In this document: piece by piece, positions 11,801 through 20,570 of the stretch
Position numbering within the stretch: the first letter of the stretch is position 1
Layout: each line of letters starts with the position of its first letter
DNA from: a virus
DNA length: 64,000 bases
Strand: one strand, 5' to 3'
Virus record (IMG/VR): IMGVR_UViG_3300009155_000044
Coordinates: 56,074 to 120,073 of that record
Notes under the pieces: generated by a model
Database searches by the model: none
What the model saw: only the letters and a program-made list of their open reading frames with translations
Told to the model about the DNA's origin: nothing
Made by a program: the position numbers and the translations under genes

Positions 11801-14008
11801 AAGATTCCAACAGGAGTAGTTTTTAATAGAGACAAATATCCTGAATATGCAAGTGCTATAGATACTACAATAGCTGAATTGAAACAATTTGATGCAAATA
11901 CAGCTGGAAGTATTGCTGCCGCCTCAGATGAGCTTGCAAAATCTAAATTACCGCTAGTAGTTAAAAAATTCTCAGACTATGTTATTGATTTAAATGATGG
12001 TTTAGATGCAGCTATAGAACAAGCTAAATTTGAATTTTTATCAACTACTAGTGGCTCTGGATTATTAGATAAAGCATCAAAAGACAAATTTAATGCTGAA
12101 ATGAAATCTGCTGGCACTAGTTCATCTGGAATTTCTCAAGCTTATGCTAATGAAGCAGCGAGATCTGATCAAAGAAGATTAGCATTAGCAGGATCTGCGG
12201 GAGATAAAACATCAATAGAATACGATATTGAAATAAATAAAAAAATTCTTGCTATTAAACAAGAGAGCGTTGATACTCAAACACTATCAGAGGATCAAGA
12301 AGCTAGAATTCTTGAGCTTGAAAAACAACGCTTAGAAGTTAATAAATCTTTGAGTCAAAAACTCAAAGAAGCTTTTGCCACTTCGCCACAAGATCAAATC
12401 AATAAATTAAACAACACTCTTGTTGAGGGCGCTGTCAAATTCAGAGACACAATGATTGATGGCATTGTTCAAGCTATAGAAACTGGCAAAGGACTAAAAG
12501 ATGTTTTAACTTCTGCTGTGTTAGATTTCTCCAGAGAACTCATGAGAACTTCGTTGAGAAATCTTACTGGTTCATTATTTGGCGGAATTGGTGGAATGTT
12601 TGGACAGGGCAATCAAATTTCCACAGGAGCTTCTGGAGGAGCCGTTTCTGGAGGAAGCGGAAGCAAGGATGACGTTCCAGCAATGCTCATGGGCGGAGAG
12701 TACATCATTAATAAAAAATCAGTTAATAAATATGGACCAAAATTCTTAGAAGCTATCAATTCTGGAAATTTAAATGGATATGCTAAAGGCGGAAAAGTAA
12801 AAGACTATTTTACTCCTGGAACTTATGGCGTGAAACAAATGACTACTGATGATGATTTATTAGCTTTTGCAACTCAAGAATCTACTAGCGGAAAAAAAGA
12901 TAAAATTCGTTCTGGAGATGGATTTGCATCAGTTTCTTTAGAACCAGAGAGTGTTCGATTAACTAATTTTGGCAGAAGAAATAGTCCACAAGCTCAAAGA
13001 GCCAAAGATGTTAGAAAACAAATCTTTGGAATCTACATTGATGAAATGAAAAAAGCTGCTGAATTAAAAAGACAAGAAGAAGAAGAGAAAAAAGCTAGAA
13101 AAAAAGCTATTAAAAATGCTTTGATTATGGCAGGAATTTCTATAGCTGGATCAGCATTAATAGGAGCAGCAACTAGTGGGTTTAGCAATGCTTACTCAAC
13201 ATCTAAACTTGCTGGAGGCACTTTTGGAAAAAATGTAGGATCTGGAGTGGGAGGAATGTTTACAGGAGGAGGAGTTTCTGGTTTGCAAGGAAATAACTAT
13301 GGAGGACTATTTAACATGTTCTCTAAATCTGGATATGTTACTAAAGCTAGCCAAATGGCTGGAAGTATCACTAGCAAAGGTTTTATAGGGCCAGTTCAAA
13401 ATTCTAGCAATGTTAATATTGGTAATAATATAGCCCAACCGAGCTTTCCTTTAGGAGGCTCATCTGAAACTTATGCAGGAGGGTTATTTCCGATGGGATT
13501 GACTCCTGAACTTGGAGCATCTGGACCTGGAATGAGTTATGGTACAGCAATAGATTTAACTAATCCTAATAGTGAAGATCCATATAATCCATTTCGTATA
13601 ACAACAAGAGCAGTTGGGGGATCCATTTCTGAAACAGCAGGAATAGATACAATTCCAACAATGCTTTCTGGTGGAGAATTCGTTATGAATCGTGCTGCTG
13701 CTCAAAATATTGGACCTGGAAACTTGCAAGCTATGAATGCTGGAGCTTCTAAACCAATGAGCGAAGAAGCTTCAAAAGATTTAAATAACAAATTAATTTC
13801 TAAATTTGATGAACTCATTGGAACGACTGAAAAATCCACAGGTTCAATCACTATTAATGTGGATGGATCCTCTGGAAAAAGTTCAGAAAACTCCTCTGGT
13901 CAAACTCAAGGAGCAAATCAACAACTTTCGCGCCAAATCAGAGATGCTGTTTTAAAAGTTATTCAAGAGGAAAAACGTCTTGGCGGTCAATTAAGAAGAG
14001 GAATGTAA
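5822..14008 (+). CDS. Tail tape measure protein (TP901-like N-terminal domain) with internal repeat-delimited domains
   Basis: 2728 aa, Ala/Gly-rich; TMP motifs (ELSRQG, LVAVSQKYAVSEKDL, RGGAVIGNSFKTIFARL), hydrophobic segments, two C-terminal MLxGGE(Y/F)(I/V) motifs. Confidence 0.9.
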   Translation: MALQLPVVQTGLEASIQAAMRNAGKGAVINLGTSGKQIASLSQPLGRITGQADQFTKSMEAANARVFAFGASVGIINNVAKAFKGIITSTIEVETSLANIYSVLDKAGLSAKEFESGLFEAAKNAGQSFKVAADAALELSRQGLNSQDVLKRLNDTLILTRLSGLDSAAAVEGLSAAYNSFAGTGITTTEILNKLVAVSQKYAVSEKDLIEGIKRAGSTAQQAGVSFDELAALITAVQEKTARGGAVIGNSFKTIFARLQDKTTLEYLSDLGIGVTDLEGKVLPATAIMEGLAAKFNDFSKIGQADIAEKLGGIYQLGNLLAALQDLSSEQSKYTGAIKVSAEAADQAYQKNAALNNTLESILNRVSVSAEQLGATLGSLGVTDNLKNILNFFTWLLDGIQKVLQEDSGIGKFFKGLVAGIGNLISGPGLALFGAIILKLSRDLVQFGFSSLKSFFGIGQAAKQIADVEKSVAQALSTNVSLQQRLLAVEGDRAAQLRIISAEIIAQEAMLRRIASTSAAIAPGLYGGGVRSTGQGLRVPKAADGYMPAVAEEASSVKRGVGGAKPSDKPVVIPNFNFGGGKRGTMVANSGEHIVPNFNGSGGSAIFNRDMVRKMGMPVGAQKINSAGGFVPNFANEIIESKTFEVQQLPKFKNMGKADLNDDFQTSIEIIRQKKSIGHYNAAAQSMAQSMAQSILPVYGKSTGKKINQEYFDKVIKGFEDDGVDKNAITKLKTSIINADPNKSDVDKNSNWTNIRSAIQGILGEVDAAKLLNTTITQGNAFVDLTSGEEVKTRVIQSSKDLMKKVANIYLETHNTKNGLKDEIRKNKLGGNFKVVMPLGSKLRAANGFIPNFAISQREAAYNAWDSPLKNGKPYDFVKNASGQKGTSPNKTEAIKISQALDLYIAENSAQNRNDYKSNKQESVTKRRADTSGAVAEFGMIYPSNSKGSVSSFLVGSQNEVVKGIPIIGKPSDDLYPEIEKGIINAGMNYAKNLGFNPDIIQEERFAAGIKSHLNPGTIEAAFGTVFESVFQSAMQVPPNNNQTLDLPNRSKLNSFVGSMERGGILKASIANNINPEMLAADFKNDLSDLNLSSMAAKIKAYRDKQATRGNTTKTSARGFIPNFANSSMPPVSMVPMPKSAEYQRRQRERSAKAQKYRSASGLIGDLFKTLPEKFFTDLVLGDSDYGVETPSIFKAIKDSALYSAAFAGPNALKFVQEAEEYGLKVAKSLQDKLAKLVVKATTKKSSANGFLPNFADPVQAAIGREMSAGVPASQIYIDQNSSLKSAMNPNGLMVANRIDEPMGGSQGIARARKEGSNPMTYGAARGFVPNYANIGSFQTQGNSITSNQASINQPAVNTAAAAAAASSVVISAASQAAAKLPLPKSTARSITQYPKVNVDTSSNKNSQVSGERMLGTIFAIQGALSVLQGVVGEVSGEMGVALRVITSGLSSLTTGAFALQGLQGMGGLIGGATKALGPYALALGAATAATNAFVDYMNETSGANTVAAKSLERVDRAASQSSGKLEDYAKTAQDDIRKRASIQVEAMMGENKTDGGYKIFGDTPQLKAVKEIYAKGLGAGAFGPDLADILKKSAENGLTDSEVDDFSISVATFIEAINKVPDEIFNSIDKSSEIYKALSENPTTIENNLKNSNGLLYEPLYELRKKFQDAGMRNDDAINKNIMNFASKVKTETNAKDSENQMAISRVPAEVYKQELNSIIKIAKAKAEAKRVEEDLDTQALQKGKELGALSESQINILQYKIALKSEDLKLEDLHRDALSAIVDTMDAQQISDEKRITLKTLINQLADKDRITAEDIKNITEESLKAQGTIPEIVAKTAEEKKKALELDTKVSKIAKAILEAENGRTVATLKTKQAINEIIQSTSHLLTMKNFQIDLTATIKTNEIEKEIRRLELNQPQNTVAARAQAAQIAQKKYELLQTQSPLEAQKKFNNAKTGLINQANSLSLNDTDFANLQKSIESSKNISELQNKAKIPTGVVFNRDKYPEYASAIDTTIAELKQFDANTAGSIAAASDELAKSKLPLVVKKFSDYVIDLNDGLDAAIEQAKFEFLSTTSGSGLLDKASKDKFNAEMKSAGTSSSGISQAYANEAARSDQRRLALAGSAGDKTSIEYDIEINKKILAIKQESVDTQTLSEDQEARILELEKQRLEVNKSLSQKLKEAFATSPQDQINKLNNTLVEGAVKFRDTMIDGIVQAIETGKGLKDVLTSAVLDFSRELMRTSLRNLTGSLFGGIGGMFGQGNQISTGASGGAVSGGSGSKDDVPAMLMGGEYIINKKSVNKYGPKFLEAINSGNLNGYAKGGKVKDYFTPGTYGVKQMTTDDDLLAFATQESTSGKKDKIRSGDGFASVSLEPESVRLTNFGRRNSPQAQRAKDVRKQIFGIYIDEMKKAAELKRQEEEEKKARKKAIKNALIMAGISIAGSALIGAATSGFSNAYSTSKLAGGTFGKNVGSGVGGMFTGGGVSGLQGNNYGGLFNMFSKSGYVTKASQMAGSITSKGFIGPVQNSSNVNIGNNIAQPSFPLGGSSETYAGGLFPMGLTPELGASGPGMSYGTAIDLTNPNSEDPYNPFRITTRAVGGSISETAGIDTIPTMLSGGEFVMNRAAAQNIGPGNLQAMNAGASKPMSEEASKDLNNKLISKFDELIGTTEKSTGSITINVDGSSGKSSENSSGQTQGANQQLSRQIRDAVLKVIQEEKRLGGQLRRGM
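7697..9820 (+). repeat. Dispersed 10-aa motif (S/A)AxGF(V/I/L)PN(F/Y)A x5 in the tape measure, plus a degenerate copy at 7445
   Basis: Copies start in frame at 7697, 8354, 9167, 9560 and 9791. Confidence 0.9.
7871..7906 (+). repeat. 12-bp tandem repeat x3 (AQSM)
   Basis: gctcaatcaatg gctcaatcaatg gctcaatcaatt. Confidence 0.9.
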
Positions 14009-14009
14009 C

Positions 14010-14804
14010 ATGTTTAATTCTACTAGCAACTACGAAAATAGATTTTCTATTAATGATCGAGAAATTTTGGGCATTGATAGTCTTGATTTGTCGTATAGTA
14101 ATCCATCTAATAATTCTAAAATTCTTGGAAGAGAATCTTCATTCACCACAATTAATGGCCCAACATCTGCTCAATTATCAATTAGTAGAAGTTTAATTTA
14201 TATTGATCCAATTTTACAGTATACGGGATCTCCAGCAATTAATGGAAAAATTCATTTTACTAATAATAATCAAGCTTATGGTTTTTCTTCAGGATATTTA
14301 ACAGAGTACATGGTTAATTGCGCGGTTGGATCTATACCAAAAGTATCTAGTAATTTTATTATTTTTGATGAACTCACAAGTCAAGCAGTGCCATCATATA
14401 CTTTTGAACCTCCTGCAATTTCTATTCCAAATCAAGGAAGCATATCTTTATCTTGCGACAATTCAACAACTAATAGAGTAGTTGGTTTTGATTACTCTAT
14501 AAAAATAACTAGAAAGCCAATTTATACTATAGGAAGTAAATATCCATTTGAAGTAGTTACTTTTAAAAATATTGAATACTCAGCATCTGTGCAAATTGAT
14601 GTTGACGATGCTTTTTTGCAAAATTCTTTTAATTTTTTATCTGCTCGCGAAAATAAAACAGTTTCTTTCTCTATTAAAGATAAAACATTAACTAATACTA
14701 TTCAAACATTAACTATACCAAAAGCATCATTAGTTGGCGAAAGTTTGTCTAGCAGTGCTGATGGTGGTGTAAAATTAACATTAAACTATATTGGTCATTC
14801 ATGA
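14010..14804 (+). CDS. Tail protein, tube-like paralog (hub/initiator candidate)
   Basis: Shares motifs with the tube genes (VNCAVGSIPKVSSNF vs LDAAVGNLPTVSVSF; ITRKPIYTIGSKYP vs LARTPIQRIGSRF); directly after the TMP. Confidence 0.5.
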   Translation: MFNSTSNYENRFSINDREILGIDSLDLSYSNPSNNSKILGRESSFTTINGPTSAQLSISRSLIYIDPILQYTGSPAINGKIHFTNNNQAYGFSSGYLTEYMVNCAVGSIPKVSSNFIIFDELTSQAVPSYTFEPPAISIPNQGSISLSCDNSTTNRVVGFDYSIKITRKPIYTIGSKYPFEVVTFKNIEYSASVQIDVDDAFLQNSFNFLSARENKTVSFSIKDKTLTNTIQTLTIPKASLVGESLSSSADGGVKLTLNYIGHS

Positions 14805-15742
14805 GTGCTTTTTATAATAGAGATTCTAATATTAGTGGAGTCACTGCAATTACTAGTTTAGTTTTTAATCCAAGCTACGGATCTAGAATTAATTTTAAAA
14901 GCACATACTATTCATATGAAACTCACAATGGATATTATAATTTAATTCCTTTGTCTATTAATAGTTTAAATGCTGAATATCAATTAAAATATCAATTGAA
15001 TGAAACTAATTCCAAACAACTAATCAACTATGTTGAAAGCAAAAATGGCACAGATTTGCTTCCATTTTCAGATCCATCTAGTTTTTATAAAACAATTTCT
15101 GGAGTAATTGATAACTATTCTATAAATCATATAAATAAAAATCATTATGAGGTTAATTTAGCTTTTCAAGTTAATGAAGCTCCAAATTTACTGAACTGGT
15201 CTGGAATGACATTTGTAAACTCTCCTCTAACAACTTGGCAGTCGGGGAAATATTATGAAAAATATGATATAGTTTATTCTGGCGTCTCTTCAAATAAATT
15301 AGATAATTATTACTATTGTTCTGGAAATCATACAGGAACAAACCGTAGTCTTGATGGACCAACTGGAAGCGCAACAAAATGGACAAAATATTTCTTTTTT
15401 GAACCAGATGTTGGACTTCAAAATGAAGTAGCATTAAAGGTAGATAAAATTGAATTTAAAAATTCATTTGTTCAGCGAATGAAAACTAGAACAAACATAG
15501 CAACAACAGATTTTTCTTATAAGTTTGAGAAAGCTTCTACTAAAAAAGCTAAAGCTATTCTTCATTTTTTAGAAAATAAAGGCGGATATCGCAGATTCTA
15601 CAGTGATCCTCCATCAGTGTATAATAAATTGAAAGTATTCTATTCGCCGTCTTGGAGTCACACTTGGAATTATGCTGATTCTCACGATTTAGAAGTTTCA
15701 TTAATTGAAGATCCATTAGGAATAGTACCAACAGGCTCATGA
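14801..15742 (+). CDS. Minor tail protein (distal-tail-like, internally duplicated halves)
   Basis: Two similar halves (LINYVESKNG / ILHFLENKGG); position after TMP. Confidence 0.5.
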   Translation: MSAFYNRDSNISGVTAITSLVFNPSYGSRINFKSTYYSYETHNGYYNLIPLSINSLNAEYQLKYQLNETNSKQLINYVESKNGTDLLPFSDPSSFYKTISGVIDNYSINHINKNHYEVNLAFQVNEAPNLLNWSGMTFVNSPLTTWQSGKYYEKYDIVYSGVSSNKLDNYYYCSGNHTGTNRSLDGPTGSATKWTKYFFFEPDVGLQNEVALKVDKIEFKNSFVQRMKTRTNIATTDFSYKFEKASTKKAKAILHFLENKGGYRRFYSDPPSVYNKLKVFYSPSWSHTWNYADSHDLEVSLIEDPLGIVPTGS

Positions 15743-16935
15743 ATAAAACAATTTTAAAAAGCAATTCAGCATTTGTAGCTATTGGTCAGTCTCCAGCGTG
15801 GAAGACTGGTAATGATTCTGGACGATTATTTTCATTGGTTCAGAATTGCAATTTTTCAGTTAGCAATGAGAGGCAAAAATTAAAACAGATTGGAAGACAA
15901 AACTACTCTGTCAATGATCTAGTAAGAGCGCCAAATATAGAACTATCTTTTGATTATTATTTATCGCCCTATATTAGCAATGAGCTAGCAATGAATTTTC
16001 AGACAAAAACTGCTTCTAATTTAGGAGCATTTACTAATATAAAAAATACTAATAATAATTTTTATATTGTTGTTGATCCAGAAGATCTTAGAGATGCATT
16101 TGAAAAGCCTAAAAATCCAATCATCACAAACACTAGTTATAGTGGATTTAATGTTTTATCTTTTGGAAATTGTTATTTAAATAAATATAGCGTATCTTTT
16201 AATTTGAATGAAATACCAAAAGTTTCAGTTGGATTTGAAGCTTCTAATATGAAATTTGATGTTTTAACTGGAAACTCAATCACTATTCCAGCTATTAATA
16301 GCATTAGTGGAAATTCAATTAATGCTGGTTCATTGAATTTATCTGGATTTTATTCTTCTCTAACTGGAAGTTATATTACTGGACAGGATAATGGTAAAAC
16401 AGAATATGATCCTCCAGTTACAATTCCATCTTATTGCACATTCTCTCTGCAAAATTTACAAGTTGGAGGAGTCGCTTTATCGGCTGCATCAAAACCTATA
16501 TTACAAAATTTATCTTTAAATTTTGATCTTCCAAGAACTCCACTTTATGGACTAGGAAGCAATTACGTTTATAATAGAAAACTAGAGTATCCAATTAATG
16601 GATCAGTAAATTTATCCGCACAAGTTTCTGGATTCTCTAGCGGATTTTTAAGTGGAATGCTATACAATGAAAGTGGTTATAATTTTGATATATCATTTTC
16701 AGACTCATCAAAATTAGCTACTGGATTTTATAGCATAACAAATGCTAAACTTGATAATTTTAATTATTCAATGACTGTGAATGATGTTTTAAATTTTACA
16801 GCATCATTTTCAGTAGAAACAAATGATTCAGCTGGATTTTACATTGATAGAAAAACCACAAAGTTTCCATCTATTTGGAGTGCTATATCTAATATATGGT
16901 CAAGTATAAATATTAATTGGCAATCTTTAGAATAA
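15739..16935 (+). CDS. Tail tube-like paralog
   Basis: VQNCNFS, APNIELSFDYYL, FGNCYLNKYSVSFNLNEIPKVSVGFEASNM and LPRTPLYGLGS align by eye with 615..1763. Confidence 0.6.
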   Translation: MNKTILKSNSAFVAIGQSPAWKTGNDSGRLFSLVQNCNFSVSNERQKLKQIGRQNYSVNDLVRAPNIELSFDYYLSPYISNELAMNFQTKTASNLGAFTNIKNTNNNFYIVVDPEDLRDAFEKPKNPIITNTSYSGFNVLSFGNCYLNKYSVSFNLNEIPKVSVGFEASNMKFDVLTGNSITIPAINSISGNSINAGSLNLSGFYSSLTGSYITGQDNGKTEYDPPVTIPSYCTFSLQNLQVGGVALSAASKPILQNLSLNFDLPRTPLYGLGSNYVYNRKLEYPINGSVNLSAQVSGFSSGFLSGMLYNESGYNFDISFSDSSKLATGFYSITNAKLDNFNYSMTVNDVLNFTASFSVETNDSAGFYIDRKTTKFPSIWSAISNIWSSININWQSLE

Positions 16936-16937
16936 AC

Positions 16938-16943
16938 GTGTAA
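16938..16943 (+). promoter_or_regulatory. GTGTAA motif 8 nt upstream of fibre gene
   Basis: aacgtgtaaaaattattATG. Confidence 0.5.
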
Positions 16944-16951
16944 AAATTATT

Positions 16952-19453
16952 ATGAACTTAGGTCCAACACAAGTCAGTGCAACATATCCATTTGTTTTAA
17001 ATCAAAGTGGCGCTAATGCAATCACTCTTGGTGGTAATAATCCAGTTGATTGGGAATCGGGAGGAGTTGTTGCTAAAACTGGAAATCAAACTATTAGCGG
17101 ACTTAAAACATTTGATTCAGCATTATCTTTAAACACTCAAGCCTCCACTACTAGTCATGCAGTTCGCGCAGATAGAAACCTAAGTGCTGGTAGCGGATTA
17201 GTTGGAGGAGGACAATTAACTGGGGATCTTACATTTAATATTGGAACGGGTTACGGAATAACAGTTTCAGCAGATCAAATTAACATCAACACATCAAATG
17301 TTGTGGTCACAACTGGAAATCAAACTATTGCTGGAATAAAAACTTTCACTGATCAAATAGTTAATACTGCAAATGGGAATAGCTCTAGTAATCCAGCATC
17401 ATATATTTCATGTGGAGCTAGTAATACAATTGCATCATCATCAGATTATTGTTATATTGGAGGGGGTACTAGTAATAATATTCAGAATACTATTACTAGT
17501 TCTTTAATTGCAGGAGGAGATTCTAATACTATTAATGCAAATTATTCGATAATTGCAGGAGGCGCAGCAAATACTATTAATGCAGATTATTCATTTATCG
17601 GAGGAGGAGCTAATAATATTGCTAGTAGTATTGGCTCTAGTATTAGTGCTGGAAATCTAAATACTACAGCAGGACTTTATTCAACAATTGGCGGTGGAGA
17701 AAATAATACTGCATCTGGAAATCACTCAACAATCGCTGGCGGAACAGGAAATTCAACAACTAATTCTTATTCTTTTATTGGAGGAGGAACATCTAATACT
17801 ACTTATGGAGCTAATGCTTCTGTTGGTGGAGGGCAGAATAATAAATCAAATGGGGCGTATTCTTTTATTGGTGGCGGGCAAAATAATATTGCTACTGGCG
17901 CTAATGCTTTTGTAGGTGCTGGAAATGGTAATATTGCTAATGGAGACTATTCATCTGCTGTTGGAGGATATCAAAATTCTACTAGTGGTCAGTACGCTTT
18001 CATTGGGGCTGGATATCAAAATGCTACCATAGGAGTTGGAGCTTCAGTTTTAGGAGGCTATAAAAATACAGCTAGTGGAAATTACGCCTCAGTAGGTGGT
18101 GGATGGACTAATTATGCAAAAGGATTATATTCTAGCGTAAATGGAGGATATCAAAATTATGCTAGTGGAAATTACGCATCAGTATCAGCTGGATATAATA
18201 ATAAAGCTAGTGGAAATTATTCATTTATTGGATGTGGACAAAATAATATTAGTATTGGAAATAATTCATTTATTGGGGCTGGAAATGGAAATACATCGTC
18301 TGGACTTTATTCAACAGTATTAAATGGTGAAACAAACCAATCTATAGGAGATTATTCTATCATAGCAAATGGATTTGAAAGTAAATCAAATGGAATTTAC
18401 TCTTCAATATTTAATGGTTTTCAAAATTATGCATTTGGGGATTATTCATTAATTGGTGGAGGCGCAAATAATACGGCTAGTGGATCATATTCTAATATTA
18501 TTGGCGGAACAATTAATACAGTTTCTTCTAATTATTCTATAGTTGGAGGTGGAACTCAAAATACTATTATTAAAAATAGCGATTATTCATCAATTTTTGG
18601 CGGTATAAATAATAGTGCGTCTGGAAGATATTCGAGTATATTAGGTGGATCTGGTAACATGATTAGTGGAACTAATTCATCAATTGGAGCAGGAAATTCT
18701 AATAAAATAACTGGAAATTATTCTACAATTGGTGGTGGAAATTCTAATAAAATAACTGGAAATTATTCTATAATTGGTGGTGGAGGTCTTAATGAAATTA
18801 AAAAAGATTATTCATCTATTATAGGAGGAACATTTAATAAAATTTCTGGAGAAAGCTCAACAATAGCTGGTGGTGCCGCTAATGAAGCTACATCTACTTA
18901 TTCTTTTATTGGTGCTGGATATGGAAATATAGTTAGTGGAGATTATTCTACAATTTTAGGTGGCGATAGCAATACTATTAAATATGGAAATTATAGCATT
19001 ATAGGAGCAGGATCGATGAATAGTTCTAGTGGAGTTTACTCTTCAATATTAGGAGGATATGCTAATCAAATTAGTGGTGGCGAATATTCATTCATTGGTG
19101 GCGGATCTGGAAATAGTATTAGTGGAAATTACTCATGTATTTTAGGGGGAACAAATCACTTTAATAGTGGAGAGTACTCAAGTATTTTAGGAGGAAGAAG
19201 CGCTCAAATTCCAAAATCTCATACTGGATCTACAGTCATAGCTGATGGTCAAGATAGAACTCACTCTTCCAGAGCACCATATGCTTGCACATTAGATTTT
19301 GCTAGTGGAACTTACTTCTCTCTTCCAAAATTTGCTGGACTTTCCACTCAAACTGGAAAATTTGGAGAAATGGCAGTTAGTGGATCTGGTCTTTATATTT
19401 GCACTGGAACTGCTGGAAGTGGGTGGGGAAGAATTTTCTTATCTACTTTTTAA
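16952..19453 (+). CDS. Tail fibre/adhesin with ~15-aa GGxxNxAxGxxSxI repeats (YadA/Hep-Hag-like beta-roll)
   Basis: 833 aa; dozens of G/N/S/Y-rich 15-residue repeats; TGNQTIxGxKTF motif twice near the N-terminus. Confidence 0.75.
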   Translation: MNLGPTQVSATYPFVLNQSGANAITLGGNNPVDWESGGVVAKTGNQTISGLKTFDSALSLNTQASTTSHAVRADRNLSAGSGLVGGGQLTGDLTFNIGTGYGITVSADQININTSNVVVTTGNQTIAGIKTFTDQIVNTANGNSSSNPASYISCGASNTIASSSDYCYIGGGTSNNIQNTITSSLIAGGDSNTINANYSIIAGGAANTINADYSFIGGGANNIASSIGSSISAGNLNTTAGLYSTIGGGENNTASGNHSTIAGGTGNSTTNSYSFIGGGTSNTTYGANASVGGGQNNKSNGAYSFIGGGQNNIATGANAFVGAGNGNIANGDYSSAVGGYQNSTSGQYAFIGAGYQNATIGVGASVLGGYKNTASGNYASVGGGWTNYAKGLYSSVNGGYQNYASGNYASVSAGYNNKASGNYSFIGCGQNNISIGNNSFIGAGNGNTSSGLYSTVLNGETNQSIGDYSIIANGFESKSNGIYSSIFNGFQNYAFGDYSLIGGGANNTASGSYSNIIGGTINTVSSNYSIVGGGTQNTIIKNSDYSSIFGGINNSASGRYSSILGGSGNMISGTNSSIGAGNSNKITGNYSTIGGGNSNKITGNYSIIGGGGLNEIKKDYSSIIGGTFNKISGESSTIAGGAANEATSTYSFIGAGYGNIVSGDYSTILGGDSNTIKYGNYSIIGAGSMNSSSGVYSSILGGYANQISGGEYSFIGGGSGNSISGNYSCILGGTNHFNSGEYSSILGGRSAQIPKSHTGSTVIADGQDRTHSSRAPYACTLDFASGTYFSLPKFAGLSTQTGKFGEMAVSGSGLYICTGTAGSGWGRIFLSTF
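18692..18781 (+). repeat. 45-bp tandem duplication, one mismatch
   Basis: ggaaattctaataaaataactggaaattattcta(c/t)aattggtggt x2. Confidence 0.9.
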
Positions 19454-19839
19454 TACTTAACATCAACTCCTTTGCTCTCAAATGTTTTCATTTGTTCAAA
19501 GTGTTTAGCTCCTTTTCTCTTTTTTGAATAGTCCTTAAAGTACTTCTCTTTTACAGGATCAACTCCTCCCGCTTGATCTGCGCGTCTCTGGCTCATCTCT
19601 GAACTATAGTCAAGCATATCCCCATAGGAACCCTTCTTAGAGCCTGTACGGTCCACAAATTGAGTAGAGCTAAATGGATCAATGTGAGTATCAATAGATG
19701 CATTAGGAATAGTAAAAACACGCTGCCAAGACTCATTAAATTCATCTGTTTCTCCAAAATATTCGTGAGTTTCATTCATACCTTGAAGAATTTCGCGATA
19801 TTCATTTGTTGATTCATTGTGGTAAATATAGATTGGCAA
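19450..19839 (-). CDS. FmdB-like protein lacking zinc-ribbon cysteines (TTG start)
   Basis: MPIYIYHNESTNEYREILQGMNE resembles MPxYxYxC FmdB N-termini; AGGAGG lies 5 nt upstream of TTG. Confidence 0.5.
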   Translation of the reverse strand: MPIYIYHNESTNEYREILQGMNETHEYFGETDEFNESWQRVFTIPNASIDTHIDPFSSTQFVDRTGSKKGSYGDMLDYSSEMSQRRADQAGGVDPVKEKYFKDYSKKRKGAKHFEQMKTFESKGVDVKY

Positions 19840-20130
19840 TTAAACCTCCTTTATTTTATTGTACTTTCTTAATAGAAAAATTCCAGAATTATCATATAGA
19901 TAATTTCTTAAATTAATTATAGTCTTTTTTGAACAACACCTTATTCTAGAAGCTTTTGAACAAGGTGAATCCCAATGAAATATAAAACCTTTTTTTCAAA
20001 ATGAAGTTTTAATCCTTCACAGAATAACTTAGAACTCATTATTCCAAATTGAAAAATATTATTTTTAACATAAATATGGCCATCCCCCATCAAAATATCC
20101 ACGAATAAAGTGTCAGCAAAAGATTTAATA
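19840..20130 (-). pseudogene. Decayed LAGLIDADG homing endonuclease fragment
   Basis: Minus strand reads *HFIRGYFDG[+1 G]DGHIYVKNNIFQFGIMSS...FEK[-1 A]KGFIFHW...NYLYDNSGIFLLRKYNKIKEV*; two homopolymer indels, upstream stops, no start. Confidence 0.75.
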
Positions 20131-20140
20131 ATTATATAAT

Positions 20141-20173
20141 AAAAAAACAGGTAGTTTTCACTACCTGTTTTTT
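20141..20173 (-). terminator. Rho-independent (likely bidirectional) terminator downstream of hsp20
   Basis: aaaaaacaggtag-ttttca-ctacctgtttttt perfect stem with A/T tails on both sides. Confidence 0.85.
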
Positions 20174-20194
20174 ATTTATTCTATTTTTATCTTT

Positions 20195-20536
20195 TTAAGA
20201 TACTGGAATTCTAATCCTATCAGCAACTTGAGCTTTTAGTTTAGGAAGTTTAATTTTCAAGACTCCCTTATCTAGAGAAGATGAAATCTTTTCAATATCA
20301 ACTGTTTTATAAAGCTTAATCTGATATTTATAAGGATAAGAAGCATTAGAGCTTACTACATCAAGAAGATTATTAGAAGCAGTGATGCTAATTTCTGTTT
20401 TTTCAGAGCCAGGAACAATCATAATAGCTTCATAATAATCTTCAAGAGTGTTAATCTTAAAATCCCCATTAAAACAGCAGCTTCCATCTGTATATAAAAG
20501 ACTATTTAAATAGTTTGTAGTTTTATTTTCTGTCAT
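20195..20536 (-). CDS. Small heat shock protein (Hsp20/alpha-crystallin-like)
   Basis: C-terminal VDIEKISSSLDKGVLKIKLPK...IPV alpha-crystallin signature. Confidence 0.7.
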   Translation of the reverse strand: MTENKTTNYLNSLLYTDGSCCFNGDFKINTLEDYYEAIMIVPGSEKTEISITASNNLLDVVSSNASYPYKYQIKLYKTVDIEKISSSLDKGVLKIKLPKLKAQVADRIRIPVS

Positions 20537-20541
20537 ATAAT

Positions 20542-20570
20542 ATATTAATATAATTTAAATTAGAAATCAA
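20542..20570 (-). promoter_or_regulatory. Sigma70-type promoter TTGATT-N17-TAATAT, 5 nt before ATG (leaderless)
   Basis: Reverse complement ttgatt tctaatttaaattatat taatat attat ATG. Confidence 0.5.

Noticed and set aside
16952-19453. CRISPR array or DGR template in the repetitive fibre gene
   Set aside because: Repeats are in-frame coding units without unique spacers; no reverse transcriptase or adenine-specific TR/VR pair was seen.
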